Shown: positions 11,273-24,722, numbered from the stretch's first letter. The stretch is 64,000 nucleotides of DNA from Squalus acanthias (GCA_030390025.1 CM059433.1:24988001-25052000); one strand, 5' to 3'. Made by a program: numbers and translations. The notes: a model not told the origin generated them from the sequence alone.

Positions 11273-14200
11273 CTCTCCTTAATGCAGGGGCTACGAGGCA
11301 ATTATGGCACCTCTATCGTTACTCTGGTTGAAATCAGCTAGCTCAGCACAGACTGGGAATTAATCTGGGACCTTCCTGGTTTGTATGGCTAAGATATTTA
11401 CTGGATAACCTCATTGAGCCACCTGCCGATCCCTGTAGTAATAATAATTGTAGTTACCGTACCAATTTAAAAATTAATATATTTGATAGACTCTGCAAGG
11501 AGGAGTGACCGAAAGCTTGGTCAAAGTGGTGGGTTTTAAGGAGAGTCTCGAAGGAGGAGAGGGAGGTGGAAAGGCGGAGGAGTTTAGGGAGGGAATTCAC
11601 TCACCACTTTGAACTTTGCCATTTACATGTGACTTCCAGGCTGCACAGATGGGATAGGAATTCAGCCTCAGTGTGAAGCTGGATATAGAGTATCATAGAT
11701 ACCAGCTGTTGTTTGGATTAGCATTATGAGTCATGTATTGTGACTTGTGCTGACAAAATAGGCTTAGAGCAAATGTTCCATTAAAAATAACTGCAAGCAT
11801 CAAAGGTATTTTATTACCTGAAGATTTAGTCCTTTCAGTGTGTGATAATTTGTCTTTGCAAGTTTTAAAAAACTGAGCGTAAAATTACACACAATTTCCT
11901 GTATTGGAGAACAGCTGAATATTATAAAATTAGAAAACTGTTCAGGATCACCGATCATTTCTGAATTAAAGATATTCATTGAATAAACTTTTTTTTTTAA
12001 AAGCTGAGGCACAAAAGAACTGGTTAAGCGTTCAAAAGGTCAAATAAAGTTTGTCAATGTCAGCAATGGAATTTCCCACTTTGAACGCAGGATTATCTGA
12101 GAATTGACCACCATTCCCCTTCACCGTTTCGAATAGCCCTTTCCAGTTCAATAAATAGGTGGTGAGTTTCCTCGCTGTTTTGGGCACGTTGGGGGATCTG
12201 GAATGGCGTAGGACGTTTTTTTTCAGTGAGGAAACTGGTGTTGTAGCTGATTCTGGCAATTGTGCACCTTTAAACGGCTTCCCCCGAGTTCTCTCATGCT
12301 GTGGAGCCGTCCTGTGATGCACCGCGAGTCGCTATTGGCCTTATTTACATGCGGCTACCTGTTGGCCAGACGCACTGTAGATGAGAGTTTGCTGGATTTA
12401 TCCTGTCATCGCACTCGGGGCAAGTTGCATCTGTTTGTATGAGGTAGAAGCAGCTGCCAGGATCAGCTGATGCTGGTGGAATTGAGGAGTTTCTGACAAA
12501 GAAGAGTCTATAGATTTTTTTTTGAAGCTTTACGAAGGTAGGAAACTTTTTTTTAAAAAGTGTTTAAAGTGCCTGCAGACACTTGCGTTTGCTTCTGACT
12601 GCTTTTCAGAGGGTCAGAGCACCGGCACATTTTTGTTCCCCTACTGACAATCAGAGCTTCTCAGGAACAGCTATGGCATTTCCTATGGGCATACTCTTGC
12701 ACGCCATTATCAGGGATAGGCAACAGCACCACATGACGGAGCAAAGGAGACTCGGGCAGCATTTACTAAAAGAAGCATCACAGTATGTCTCATCACTGAA
12801 GTCTTCTCTTTTTGTGGAACATTGTCTATCGTTGACACCATAGCCATACCTCCTTCTACCTCCCATTGTCCCTCAAACCATTACCATCCTACCATATGAC
12901 AATACTGTAGCTTTCTTTGTTCCAATGATCATCACATCAATGAGGACATCAGCACCACATAAGCGCACCTTTATGACTGTTAGCTCCATCAGAAATAAAG
13001 CACCATGTCAGAGCACACTTACAGTGAATTCCAAAGTGCACACAATCACCCTGCTCGTTCTTCACATGTGCTTCCCCTGGGTGCCTACCTATCGTCGTAC
13101 TTCTTCTAGGTGCCACCTGAGGTCAGGAGCGCAGGAGGTAGTTAACTGCTCATACGCTAAAAAAAGGCTCATTGGACCGAGGTGGCATTTGTCTCGTGGC
13201 TGCATGCTCCATCAGCTTGGTGTCGCTTCCCACATTCCTCTGGTGGCGTGCTAAGAGGGGGATGGCAGGAGACCTGGCATGTGCTGCTAGCCAGAGAGAT
13301 GGGTGGGGTGGGGGAGGAGAGAGGTTGAATGGCAAGTCACAACAGACTGTTTTCATACTCTTCTGTCCCCCTCCAGTATCTAAATGTGAGCAACACTGGC
13401 AGATGCCCACACTATCAGCTGAGAAACAATGTGTATGGATCTGGGAGACTGCAAGATGGCAAGAAATTTATAGTGGAGAGGGGGTGAAAGGGAGGAAATA
13501 AATAAAAGGGTATGGCTTTCTCTGTGCTTGCTTTGTAAGAAATTCAATAAACTGCTGATTTTGTTGTTGAATGACTAACTATTGCTTTCTTCCTCCCTCA
13601 GGTATAAGACTGCAACTTGTCATACGCCATTTCATGAAGTAACACTTACTGCATTTAAAAGGGCTGCTTTATTGTAAATTTGTATTTTTTTAAATCTAAT
13701 ATTTTATGAAAACTGTAGTAAGTGGGTATGCATCACCATTTTAAGCAAAATTCTCTGCTGATCATTACAACATTTATTTTGTATATCCCAAACCTTTCAA
13801 AATATGTATCTAATCATTCAATATTGTTGGTTACCAATAATCAGTCACACAGTTCTGTAAGTGTTGCACCTCAAACTACAGCAGTAGATAAATAGCTGAG
13901 ACATTTCTGCTGATATATCTGGAGATTAGTCCTGATGGGGGTCATTTCCTGCATCTGCTGAACTCCTGGGGAGAGCAGGTATATGGAAAATTATTTGGGT
14001 ATACAACATTTACATGCGATATGTTCCCAATGTATTTGCTTTTTATGTTTTGCAGTCAGGCTCAAGGGTATTATAGAAAAAAATAAGTTAATTTTCAGGC
14101 CTACTCATCAGTAAAGGTATCTACAGATACTTTCAGTTGATGTCACATCATATTTTCTGTTTGAATGTATGGATTTTTGATGCCTTTTGGAAAAATAAAA

Positions 14201-14680
14201 AGTCAAATTTTATTGATACAGTTTTAAAAAGGGGTATCTTCATTTTCAAATTGTTACTTTTTACGCCTTACAGAGTTACTAATTTATCACTGCACATCAT
14301 ATCAATAAACATGATTAGAAATGGCAATCAGACATTTCAAAAGAAGGTACAATGTACCACTTTATCTAAGTCAAATGGAATCAATGAAACTTGTTAAATC
14401 AAATGAAACAACCTTTTTACATTTATTGTGGTTGTGTATGACAAAACGTTCAAAACCCTAGCATCTCCTATAATGGCCTCCATGCACACAGCAGATTTAG
14501 CAGGTGATATGCATGACTACCTTGGCTGTTCATTACCTAAAAACAAATATTGCAATGGGCATATTAAAAAGAGTCGAAGAGGTGTTACTGACTTCCTCAA
14601 AGGAATTGAAAGCTACCGACAATCGACTCCAGCAAGAATGTGAAATTCTTATTTTATATTTTTTATATAAAATATATATA

Positions 14681-15585
14681 AAGTGAAGATATTTGTTGAT
14701 GATTGCACAGTGTTCAGTTCCACTCGCAGCTCCTCAGATAATAAAGCAGTCCATGCCTGCAAGACCTGGACAAGATTCAGCGTTGGGCTAATAAGTGGCA
14801 AGTAACATTTGTGCCACACAAGTGCCAGACAATGACCATCTCCAACAAGAGAGAGTCTAGCCACCTCCCTTTGACATTCAACGGGATTACCATCACCGAA
14901 TCCCCTACCATCAACATCCTGGAGGTCACCATTGACCAGAAACGTAACTGGACCAGCCACATAAATACTGTGGTTACAAGATCAAGTCAGAGGCTGGGTA
15001 TTCTGCAGCGAGTGACTCACCTCCTGACTCCCCAAAACCTTTCTACCATCTACAAGGCACAAATCAAGAGTGTGATGGAATACTCTCCACTTGCTTGGAT
15101 GAGTGCAACTCCAACAACACTCAAGAAGCTCGACACCATCCAGGACAAAGCAGCCCACTTGATTGGCACCCCATCCACCACCTTAAACATGCACTCCCTC
15201 CACCACTGGCGTACTGTGGTTGCCGTGTGTACCATCTACAAGATGCACTGCAGCAACTCGCCAAGGCTTCTTCAGCAACACCTCCCAAACCCGCGACCTC
15301 TACCACAGAGAAGGACAAGGGCAGCAGGTACATGGGAAAACCACCACCTGCAAGTTCCCCTCCAAGTCACACACCATCCTGACTTGGAAATATATTGCCG
15401 TTCCTTCATAGTCGCTGGGTCAACATCCTGGAACTCCCTCCCTAACAGCACTGTGGGAGTACCTTCACCACATGGACTGCAGCAGTTCAAGTAGACGGCT
15501 CACCACCACCTTTTCAAGGGCAATTCGGGATGGGCAATAAATGCTGGCCTTGCCAGCAACGCCCACATCCCATGAATAAAAAAAA
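14681..15585 (+). mobile_element. CR1-group LINE (family B) 3' fragment
   Basis: ORF 14811-15494 is the RT C-terminal region (..ILEVTIDQKRNWTSHI..IYKAQIKSVMEYS), preceded by FVDD. It ends CATCCCATGAATAAAAAAAA. Confidence 0.9.
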
Positions 15586-16186
15586 CTTACCAGGAGATAT
15601 AGTTTGCTCTGTGTATTAAGTTTTTCTTTACTAAAGAATTTTCCTTTGCCTTCACTCATGCAGCGTTTTTGGATTAAAAGGATAGCGATTTGTTTCAACT
15701 TGTATTCATTAATCAGACTGTTGAAGCTTTGTTTGGATAAAGGTCAAGGAGATTTCCTGTTGCAACATCCTTGAGCATTATCTCACCCCAATTACTGCAC
15801 AATAGTAGAGATAAAAAGATAAAAAACCACAGTGGAAATCTTGGAATAAAACCAAAAAATGCTAGGAACTGATGAATGATCACACCCAAAATAATCTATT
15901 TTGCTCTTTCAAATGCGGATTGACCTGCGGCACACATCCCAATGACAGTTTTTGTCTATGATCACCTGAAAAATATGAATTTTACATAATCTATTATACA
16001 TTTCAAGCGCTAGCTAGAATTGTCCGTACTAGATCTGAGAGCAGTTGGCCTTTTTTGTTGTAATTACCTCTTGCTAATCTCTTTCAGAACTAAGTTAGCA
16101 CTTTTTGAATGAGAATAATCACACCATTATCAGCCTTGTTTATTTCTGCTGGGCATCTTTTTGCATGACAAAATGTGACTAGATAA

Positions 16187-16322
16187 TGTAATATATGTGG
16201 GTAGAACAAATGGAGGACAGAGACATGATGAGTTGCTAATCAAGGTGCTTGTTTACTAGTCCAGAGCAAACTGAGCATGCTCATACAAAACCATGTGACA
16301 AACCATGCGATAACACATGACA
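16187..16322 (-). repeat. 3' LTR of the Gypsy element (136 bp)
   Basis: Direct repeat of 21576-21699 plus a 12-bp internal duplication (AAACCATGTGAC); adjacent to the PPT. Confidence 0.9.
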
Positions 16323-16524
16323 CTGCTTTCCCCTTAAAAAAATGTACATATTACACTCTCAAATACAACAAAACTATGGTCCCACCATTCCCAGCATTAC
16401 ATGTACCACATAACAAAAACTCCTGGCTTTTTTTCTTTTAAATCAACTACAAATGCTAGCCTTCCTGATCTCCTTACAAAAGGTTTTGGTGTTCAACCAA
16501 AATTTTGGGCTTTTAAAAAAAATA

Positions 16525-18547
16525 TTAGTTCATGGGATGTAGGCGTCATTGGCAAGGCCAGCATTTATTGCCCATCCCTAGTTGCCCTTGAGAAGGTGGT
16601 GGTGAGCTGCCTTCTTGAACCGCTGCAGTCCGTGTGGTGAAGGTACTCCCACAGTGCTCTTAGGGAGGGAGTTCCAGGATTTTGACCCAGTAACGATGAA
16701 GGATCGGCGATATATTTCCGAGTCAAGATGGTGTGTGACTTGGAGGGGAACTTGGAGGTGGTGGTGTTCCCATGCGCCTGCTGCCCTTCTAGGTGGTCGA
16801 GGGCGCAGGTTTGGGAGGTGCTGCCGAAGAAGCCTTGGTGAGTTGCTGCATCTTGTAGATGGTACACACTGCAGCCATGGTACGCTGGTGGTGGAGGGAG
16901 TGAATGTTTAAGGTGGTGGATGGGGTGCCACTCAAGTGGGCTGCTTTGTCTTGGATGGTGTTGAGCTTCTTGAGTGTTGTTGGAGCTGCACTCATCCAGG
17001 CAAGTGAAGAGTATTCCATCACACTCCTTACTTGTGCCTTGTAGATGGTGGAAAGGCTTTGGGGAGTCAGGAGGTGAGACACTTGCCGCAGAATACCTAG
17101 CCTCTGACCTGCTCTTGTTGCCACAGTATTTATGTGGCTGGTCCAGTTAAATTTCTGGTCAATGGTGACCCCCAGGATGTTGATGGTGGGGGATTCGGCG
17201 ATGGTAATGCCGTTGAATGTCAAGGGGCAGTGGTTAGACGCTCGCTTGTTAGAGATAGTTATTGTCTGGCACTTGTGTGGCGTGAATGTTACCTGCCACT
17301 TATCAACCCAAGCCTGAATGTCAACCAGGTCTTGCTGCATGCGGGAAGGACTGCTTCATTATCTGAGGAGTTGCGAATGGCACTGAACACTGTGCAATCA
17401 TCACCGAACATCCCCACCTCTGACCTCATGAAGCAGCTGAAGATGGTTGGGATTAGGACACTGCCCTGAGGAACTCCTGCAGCGATGTCCTGGGGCTGTG
17501 ATGATTGACCTCCAACAACTACAACCATCTTCCTTTGTGCTAGGTATGACTCCAGCCAGTGGAGAGTCCCCCCCCCCCCCCCCCCACCCCACTGATTCCC
17601 ATTGACTTTAGTTTTACTAGGGCTCCTTGATACCACACTCGGTCAAATGCTGCCTTGATGTCAAGGGCAGTCACTCTCACTTCACCTCTGAAATTCAGCT
17701 CTTTTGTCCATGTTTGGACCATGGCTGTAATGAGGTCTGGAGCCGAGTGGTCCTGGCAGAATCCAAACTGGGCATCAGTGAGCAGGTTATTGGTGAGTAA
17801 GTGCTGCTTGATAGCATTGTCGATGACACCTTCCATCACTTTGCTGATGATTGAGAGTAGACTGATGGGGCGGTAATTGGCTGGATTGGATTTGTCCTGC
17901 TTTTTGTGGACAGGACATACCTGGGCAGTTTTCCACATTGTCGGATAGATGCCAGTGTTATAGTTGTACTGGAACAGCTTGGCTAGAGGCGCGGCTAGTT
18001 CTGGAGCACAAGTCTTCAGCACGACAGCCGGGATGTTGTCGTAGCCCATTACCTTTGCTGTATCCAGTGCGCTCAGCCATTTCTTGATATCACGTGGAGT
18101 GAATCGAATTGGCTGAAGACTGGCTTCTGTGATGGTGGGGACCTCAGGAGGAGGCTGATATGGGTCATCCACTCAGCACATCTGGCTGAAGATGGTTGCA
18201 AATGCGTCAGCTTTGCGTTTTGTACTCACGTGCTGGGCTCCACCATCATTGAGGATGGGGATATTCATGGAGCCTCCTCCTCCCATTAGTTGTTTAATGG
18301 TCCACCACCATTCACGACTGGATGTGGCAGGACTGCAGAGCTTTAATCTGATCCGTTGACTGTTGAATCGCTTAGCTCTATCTATAGCATGCTGGTTCCG
18401 CTTTTTAGCATGCATGTAGTCCTGTGTTGCAGCTTCCCCAGGTTGGCACTGCATTTTTAGGTATGCCTGGTGCTGCTCCTGGCATGCTCTTCTACACTCC
18501 TTATTGAACCAGGGTTGGTCCCCTGGCTTGATGGTAATGGTAGAGTG
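16525..18547 (-). mobile_element. CR1-group LINE (family B), 5'-truncated, inserted in the Gypsy element
   Basis: RT motifs NYRPISLLS, DIKAAFDRV, GVPQGSVL and FGDD. The 3' end matches the 14.7-kb copy. Confidence 0.92.
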
Positions 18548-20232
18548 TCCAATCCATTCAAGGTGTTTTCAGACACTCTTTTCAGTACTGAGTACTTTTG
18601 AGTCTCATTTGCAATCTCAGTTGCATTCACGAGAAAGTATTTGTCAACTGCACCTAGCATGAAAATCTCACCTTCACTCATAACACACTTCATATGGCAA
18701 CCTGAACAAGGCATCTGCGATTGCGTTTTGCTTTGAAGTGCGATATTCAATCGTGTAGTCATATTTTGACAATAACACTGCTCAACGTTGCATTCTTGAT
18801 GCGGCCATTGCTGGGATGGCAGATTTGGGCCCCAATATTGTTAGGAGTGGTTTGTGATCGGTTATTAGGGTAAACTTTCTGCCGATCAGGAACTGTTGGA
18901 ATTTCTTGATTCCAAACACTATGGCGAGTGCTTCCTTTTCAATTTGCACGTAGTTTCTTCCACTCTTTGTGAGGGTTCATGATGCGAATGTGATTGGTTT
19001 CTCTTGGCCGTCATCCGTTACATGGCTTATGACAGCTCCCACACCATAGCTAGAAGCATCATGCTCTGCGTCGTAGTGCACAAGTAGAGAGACTTCTCTT
19101 ACAAGCATCGTAAGCTTCCTGTTGCTCTTTTGTCCACTTCCACTGGACATCCTTCTTGAGGAGCTCGTGCAATGGAGCTAACATTGTCTCTAACTCAGGT
19201 AAGAAACGTGCATAGTACTGGACCATTCCAAGGAAAGATCTTAACTCAGACACATTCTGTGGCTTTGGAGCATTGATGCCAGCATCAACCTTTTCCTTAA
19301 CTGGTTGCAAGCTATTTGCATGAACTTTCAGGCCAAGGTACACAACCTCGGGCTGCACAAAAGCACATTTGCTCCTTTTCAATTTGACATTGTGGGAATT
19401 CAACCTTTGAAGCATCAAATCTAACACTTCTAGTTTTTCTGCCTCGCTACTTGTTGCGATCAGCACATCATCTTGATTGCATAAGCAATTTGGAACTCCT
19501 TGCAAAATCTTATCCATCGTAGCCTGGAAGATTTTGGGGAGGACTTTACATCGTATAGCAGCTTGGTGTATGAGTACAGTCCCTTGTGTGTGTTGATGGT
19601 GAGATACTGTTGACTCTCTTTGTCAACATTCAGCTGAGCGTAAGCGTGCGACAGTTCAAGCTTGGAGAAAACCTTTGACCCAGAGAGTGCTGCATACAAA
19701 TCTTGTGATTTAGGTAACAGGCACTGCTCATCGTCAACTGCTTGGTTGATAGTAACTTTGTAGTCACTGCTCAAGTGTAGAGTTTTGTCTTCTTTGGGCA
19801 CTACCACAATCAGGGTAGCACATTCACTTTTGTCAGTTTTTGCTAGCACTCTGTTCTCTCTCCGTTTCTCTAGCTCTTCCTCCACCTGACTTTTCAACGC
19901 ATAGGGGACTGGCCTTGCCTTACAATAGACAAGGTTCACGCTGGACTTGATGCAGATATGCACGTCATACCCAGTGATGCCCTCATAACTGGCTGAGAAC
20001 ATGCTTTTATAGTTGTTCAGCATTGTGTCGAGTCGCTTCTTTGAAGCATCGACACTGATGATGTTTTTCCAGTCTAGTTTTAACTTTCTCAACCAGTCTT
20101 TGCCCATGAGGGCTGGCCTGTTGTTGTAGCTCACTACAATAATAGGCAGCTTTACTGACTGGCCATTGTGCTGAACTGTACATTCCATTTGTCCACATGT
20201 CTCTAGGATTTCTCCGGAGTAGGTTTTTAACT
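18548..20232 (-). pseudogene. Gypsy pol (protease end, RT, RNase H), disrupted
   Basis: RPVPYALK, DYKVTIN, LTINTHKGLY, NQDDVLI and LRSFLGMVQYY. RNase H DASSYGVGAVI..IEKEALAIVFGIKKF..TDHKPL reads on the minus strand at ~18800-19060. Confidence 0.9.
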
Positions 20233-21317
20233 CTACGGTACTCTTGTAAGTGGTATTTGATTAAACTTACTCTCATATGTGTCCTTACTCATGATAGAGC
20301 AGTCCGCCACTGTGTCGATACACATATCAATATATTGGTCGTTGATCAAAAGTTTTGTACGGAAGTCTTTCTCATGACTGCTAGCATTGCCGCTAGTGGC
20401 ATAGATACTGTAGATGCCTAGCTCTTCAACATCAGGTGTGTTCACTTCAATATTGTGAATTCTTCCCTTTTGTTGTTGCTGTTTTGCATTGCCACTAGAA
20501 TGGTTCTTAGTTCCTGCTTTTGATCTAGCTTTGCAAGCTGTTGAAATATGGCCTTGCTCCTGGCAGTGAAAACACTTCGCATTTCTGTATTGGCAGGACT
20601 GTGGTGAGTGATTTCCATTGCAGTGATAACAATTCACTGAACTGCTCTCACCGACATGCTTTTGACTTGGTCTCACAACTTTAGGCTTGGCAGTGGCTTT
20701 GTGAATGTAGACCTCAGCTGCACCAGTCACTTGAGTTGGACAGAGCTCCCTAGCATTCTTAGACGCCATCTCCATAGATAGGGGAATTTTGCATGCTATG
20801 TCAAACGTTAGGTTCAGAGTGTTCAGTAACTTGGACTGTGTGCGCTCATCCACCAGTCTACACACAAACTTATCTCGCAACGCATGATCCAAAAATGTGC
20901 TGAAGTTACAATGCAAAGACAGGTTCTTAAGAGCTGCAATGTACTCACTGATGGTTTCACTTTGTTTTTGGTTTCTGGTACCACACTTATAGCTCTCTGC
21001 TATTTCTAATGGCTTTGTGTCAAAATGGTCCTCGAGTTTCTCGACAATGTCTTAAACGACGCATCCTTCACTTTCCCTGGCACGAGTAGGTTTGTCAATG
21101 TTCCGTAGACATCTGGCTGGATCTCCATTAGAAAAATTGCTTTTTTATGTTGATGAATTACTTTATTTTGAGCCTGAACATTCTCATCTGCACCTTCAGT
21201 CTCAATAATGTTATTGTCCTTAAAAAACATCTCCATCCGCTCAATGTAAGAACTGAATGGTTTGCGAGCTCGGTCATACATGCTGAGGCTTCTGATGAAT
21301 CCCGTAGGTGCGGCCAT
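20233..21317 (-). pseudogene. Gypsy gag (two CCHC knuckles) and start of protease, frameshifted
   Basis: LRDKFVC, CYHCNGNHSPQSC, CFHCQEQGHISTAC and protease-like IDTVADCS in ORFs 21006-21317 and 20233-20916. Confidence 0.88.
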
Positions 21318-21575
21318 GATTGTCCCGATCCTGTCGAACAGTGACTCAGCACGCTACCTGTGTACCTGTGAGAATCAACGCTGCTGTTACTGTGTATACA
21401 TACACACGAAGGCGAAGCACAGGTGATTCTGCATCAGCATTAAAAGTAAAACATCACAAAAAATTCAGTTTAGGTGTCACAAATTCACCTGAAACTTTTC
21501 CACTCAAAGGTTGAACACTATGTCCTTCCATGATCCCTAAAAATAGCTTTGGGATCCCATTCTCATCGCCAAAAA

Positions 21576-21699
21576 TGTAATATATGTGGGTAGAACAAAT
21601 GAAGGACAGAGATATGATGAGTTGCTAGCCAAGGTGCTTGTTTACTAGGCCTGAGCAAACTGAGCATGCTCATACTAAACCATGTGATAATACATTACA
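21576..21699 (-). repeat. 5' LTR of the Gypsy element (124 bp)
   Basis: TGTAAT...ATTACA termini, adjacent to the PBS. Confidence 0.9.
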
Positions 21700-22144
21700 G
21701 ATAACAACACAAACTTGTACTTGTAAAGTGCCTTTAGTACAGCAGAATGTTCCAAGAGAACCAACAAAGGAGAGGATGTGGGGGAACGGAACAGATTAAC
21801 AAACAGAAGTTAGGGATGATGTCCAAAGATGTGGTGAGAAGACTTTAGGACGGTGGAGGGGATTAGGAAGAGAATTTCAGAGTACAGGGTGCGATGACTG
21901 AAGACTGCACAATGGCGGAGCGGAGGGATGGGAGATGCGTAGTAGTCGAGAGTCGGAACCCTTATGCGGTACATTTCTGCTGTGTATTAGAAGTACTCAT
22001 GCACCAAATGCACATTATCAGGTACTAATTTTGAGTTTGTGGTAGCTCCTCAATCAGTCACATTTCTCCTCTCTTGAAATTACTGATGTGCATTAATAGC
22101 TATTGTCCAAGTTAATGCACCCGGCATTAAAGGCTTTTTCGCGA

Positions 22145-22296
22145 GGGTAAATTCTGTGAGGCCCCATACTGCTGGTGGGCCTTGCATGCATTCAGTGTTG
22201 ATTGGAAACTTCCAGGCCCGCTGCACATGATTTTCTGATATGCACTGGCTATATGTGATCCACAGTGGCAGAGTGGGGCATCAGAAAATGTACCTT
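22145..22296. mobile_element. Short palindromic MITE
   Basis: GGGTAAATTCTGTGAGGCCCCATACTGC pairs imperfectly with GCAGAGTGGGGCATCAGAAAATGTACC. Confidence 0.55.
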
Positions 22297-22555
22297 CTTG
22301 CATCCCTGTCAGTGATCAATTAATGGAAAACAGGCACAATTTGCTCAGGATGTGCCTTCAATCAAACGTGTAAAAATTCCCCTAACTGTACCTACTGCAA
22401 AAGAAGCATAGAAAGTAGATCACTGGGGCTTGCTGCTACACAACACAGTATTAGTACCACACATGAGCCAGCTACCTGCTGGTAAGGAGCAGTGTGTGTA
22501 TGTGTGTGGAGGCTGTATATCACCAGGTACAATCAATGACCTGTCATCATCAAGC

Positions 22556-22983
22556 GGGCAACACGGTGGCATAGTGGTTAGCACTGGTGCCTCACAGCGC
22601 CATGGAACCGGGTTCGAATCTGACCTCGGGTGACTGTCTGTGTGGAGTTTGCACATTCTCCCCGTGTCTGCGTGGGTTTCCTCCGGGTGCTCCGGTTTCC
22701 TCCCACAGTCCAAAAATGTGCGGGTTAGGTTGATTTGGCTATGATAAATTGACCCTTAGTGTTAGGGGGGGATTAAATATGTGGGGTTATGGGGATAGGA
22801 TAGGATATGTTAGGGGGAATTAAATACGTGGGGTTACGGGGGTAGGGTGGGATATGTGTACTGTGGGGATTAAAGCAGGGACAGGGTATTGGACTTGGAT
22901 GATCAGCCATGATCGTATTGAATGGTGGAGCAGGCTCGACGGGCCGAATGGCCTACTCCTGCTCCTAGATTCTATGTTTCTAT
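22556..22983 (+). mobile_element. V-SINE (HE1-like) with CR1-type tail
   Basis: tRNA head TGGCATAGTGG..GGTTCGAATC, V-domain TGTGTGGAGTTTGCACATTCTCCCCGTGTCTGCGTGGGTTTCCTCC, and tail GGGCCGAATGGCCTACTCCTGCTCC..TCTATGTTTCTAT. Confidence 0.92.
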
Positions 22984-22999
22984 CTCAACACAACCAATG

Positions 23000-23830
23000 A
23001 ACAACATCCAGATGGCACTGCCAGTGGAAGTGAAAAGTAAGCACTCTCTGCTACCGGATCCTGCCAAGCAGAAGCATGAAACATCAGGAGGGTCAGCCAA
23101 AAGTGCTCCATCCCGTAGGAAACAGATGCTCTGTTTTGTCCCGTATCCTCACACACAAAGTTCAGCACAGTGATGCAGCAGCAACAGAAGAGGCAGGAGC
23201 CTTTTGCTTCAGATGGGTGGCATTCCCAGGTACAAGATGTTATTGATTGCACTTGCATCACTGTCACATTCACCTGTAGGAATGCACTCCCTTTTATTGA
23301 TGTGGAGATGCCGGCGTTGGACTGGGGTGGACAAAAATGAGAAGTCGCACAACACTAGGTTATAGTCCAACAGATTTATTTAATTTTACAAGCTTTCGGA
23401 GCTGTCGCTCCTTCCTCAGGTAAGTTAGCAGAGGGGCTCCTGTTGTACTAGGACCCAGATGGTATGCAAGCACCAGGAAATATTACTTCAGTTAATTGAT
23501 TTCTGAGGAATGATCGCAACACACACATCTTAGTGCAATCAAATATTGCTCAACCATTCAAGGGTGAAAACAGAATAAAAAGTTGTTTACTGGGATATAT
23601 GGGTTCCCCACTCCAAATATTCTGTGCAGAATCCTCATACCCCAGAAAAAAATGATCTACAATTTCAAGGGAGAAAAATAATGGAGCAAGCCTTCAGACT
23701 CTACAACAACTATCTCAATGTTCGGACTGCTTTGGGGGTGCCTTGCGTTGTGAGCTGGAGCAAGCTGGCAGAATTATTATACTGTATTGTATGCTGCACA
23801 ACACTGCTCCTGAAAGGCGTGTTCTGATGC
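23000..23830 (+). pseudogene. Fossil Harbinger transposase, interrupted by a Penelope terminus
   Basis: Fragments VQDVIDCTCI, CLLGYMG, IMEQAF and IIILYCMLHN align in order with VQGAIDCTHV, WLLGDKG, IIERTI and FVVVCCMLHN of the intact transposase. Confidence 0.65.
23298..23432 (-). mobile_element. Penelope 3' terminus with hammerhead motif
   Basis: Reverse complement of the 42196-42291 end. The minus strand reads TTAC-CTGAGGA-AGGAGCGACAGCTCC-GAAA-GCTT-GTAA (23386-23423). Confidence 0.8.
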
Positions 23831-23874
23831 TTGTAGAAGAACAAGTCACGTGCCAGGGAAAAGATGTTGGGGAA

Positions 23875-24308
23875 CCTTCTGAGTCAGAAGGTTGTAGGTT
23901 CAAGTTCCACTCCAGGGACTTGAGCACATAAAGCTAGGCTGACACTCCAGTGCAGTGCTGAGGGAGTGCTGCACTGTCGGAGGTGCTGTCTTTCGGATGA
24001 CACGTTAAACCAAGGTCCCGTCTGCTCTCTCAGGTGGACGTAAAAGATCCCATGGCACTATTTCGAAGAAGAGCAGGGGAGTTCTCCCCGGTGTCCTTGC
24101 CAATATTTATCCCTCAACCAACATAACAAAAACAGATTATCTGGTCATTATCACATTGCTGTTTGTGGGAGCTTGCTGAGCGCAAATTGGCTGCCGCGTT
24201 TCCCACATTACAACAGTGACTACACTCCAAAAGTACTTAATTGGCTGTAAAGCGATTTGAGACGTCCGGTGGTCGTGAAAGGTGCTATATAAATGCAAGT
24301 CTTTCTTT
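23875..24308 (+). mobile_element. DeuSINE-like SINE
   Basis: B-box GGTTCAAGTTCC, conserved core and tail GCTATATAAATGCAAGTCTTTCTTT. Confidence 0.9.
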
Positions 24309-24722
24309 ATGAACCACCTGCAGTAGAGCAATGAGTGCCCAATGCTGGTCAGGCATGTCAGATTGTCATCCAAATATTTGTCCCTTGAGGCCAGAACATT
24401 GTAAATACATTTAACCTCAAACCGACCTGCTGTTCTCCATTATATTAATATTTTTCTCCCACAATCCTAAGGATTTTATTTGGATTAATAAAAAAGTAGT
24501 ATCTCCAATCTATACAATGCCGAACATTTGCTTATATTTATGCAAGGATGTGTGTATGGAATGAGTTTAACATGACGTGTTACTTGTACTAGTAGGCTGT
24601 GTTCTTTCTCATGTATTACTCCTAAGTGATTACATAAGAACATAAGAAATAGGATCAGGAATAGGCCACATGGCCCCTCGAGCCTGCTCTGCCATTCAAT
24701 AAGATCATGGATGATCTTGGGC

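Larger units (their letters stand above)
16187..21699 (-). mobile_element. Gypsy/Ty3 LTR retrotransposon, degenerate, integrase missing, interrupted by a LINE
   Basis: Paired TG..CA LTRs at 16187-16322 and 21576-21699, and a 5-bp TSD GATAA (16182-16186, 21700-21704). PBS TGGCGATGAGAATGGGAT lies at ~21553-21571 and a PPT at 16323-16334. Gag, protease, RT and RNase H remnants are present. Confidence 0.93.

Noticed and set aside
14428..14686. Possible host terminal exon
   Set aside because: Two overlapping short ORFs, no recognisable domain and no supporting exons.
22556..22630. tRNA gene
   Set aside because: The A/B boxes belong to a SINE head and continue into the V-domain. The same applies to the other SINE and LINE heads.
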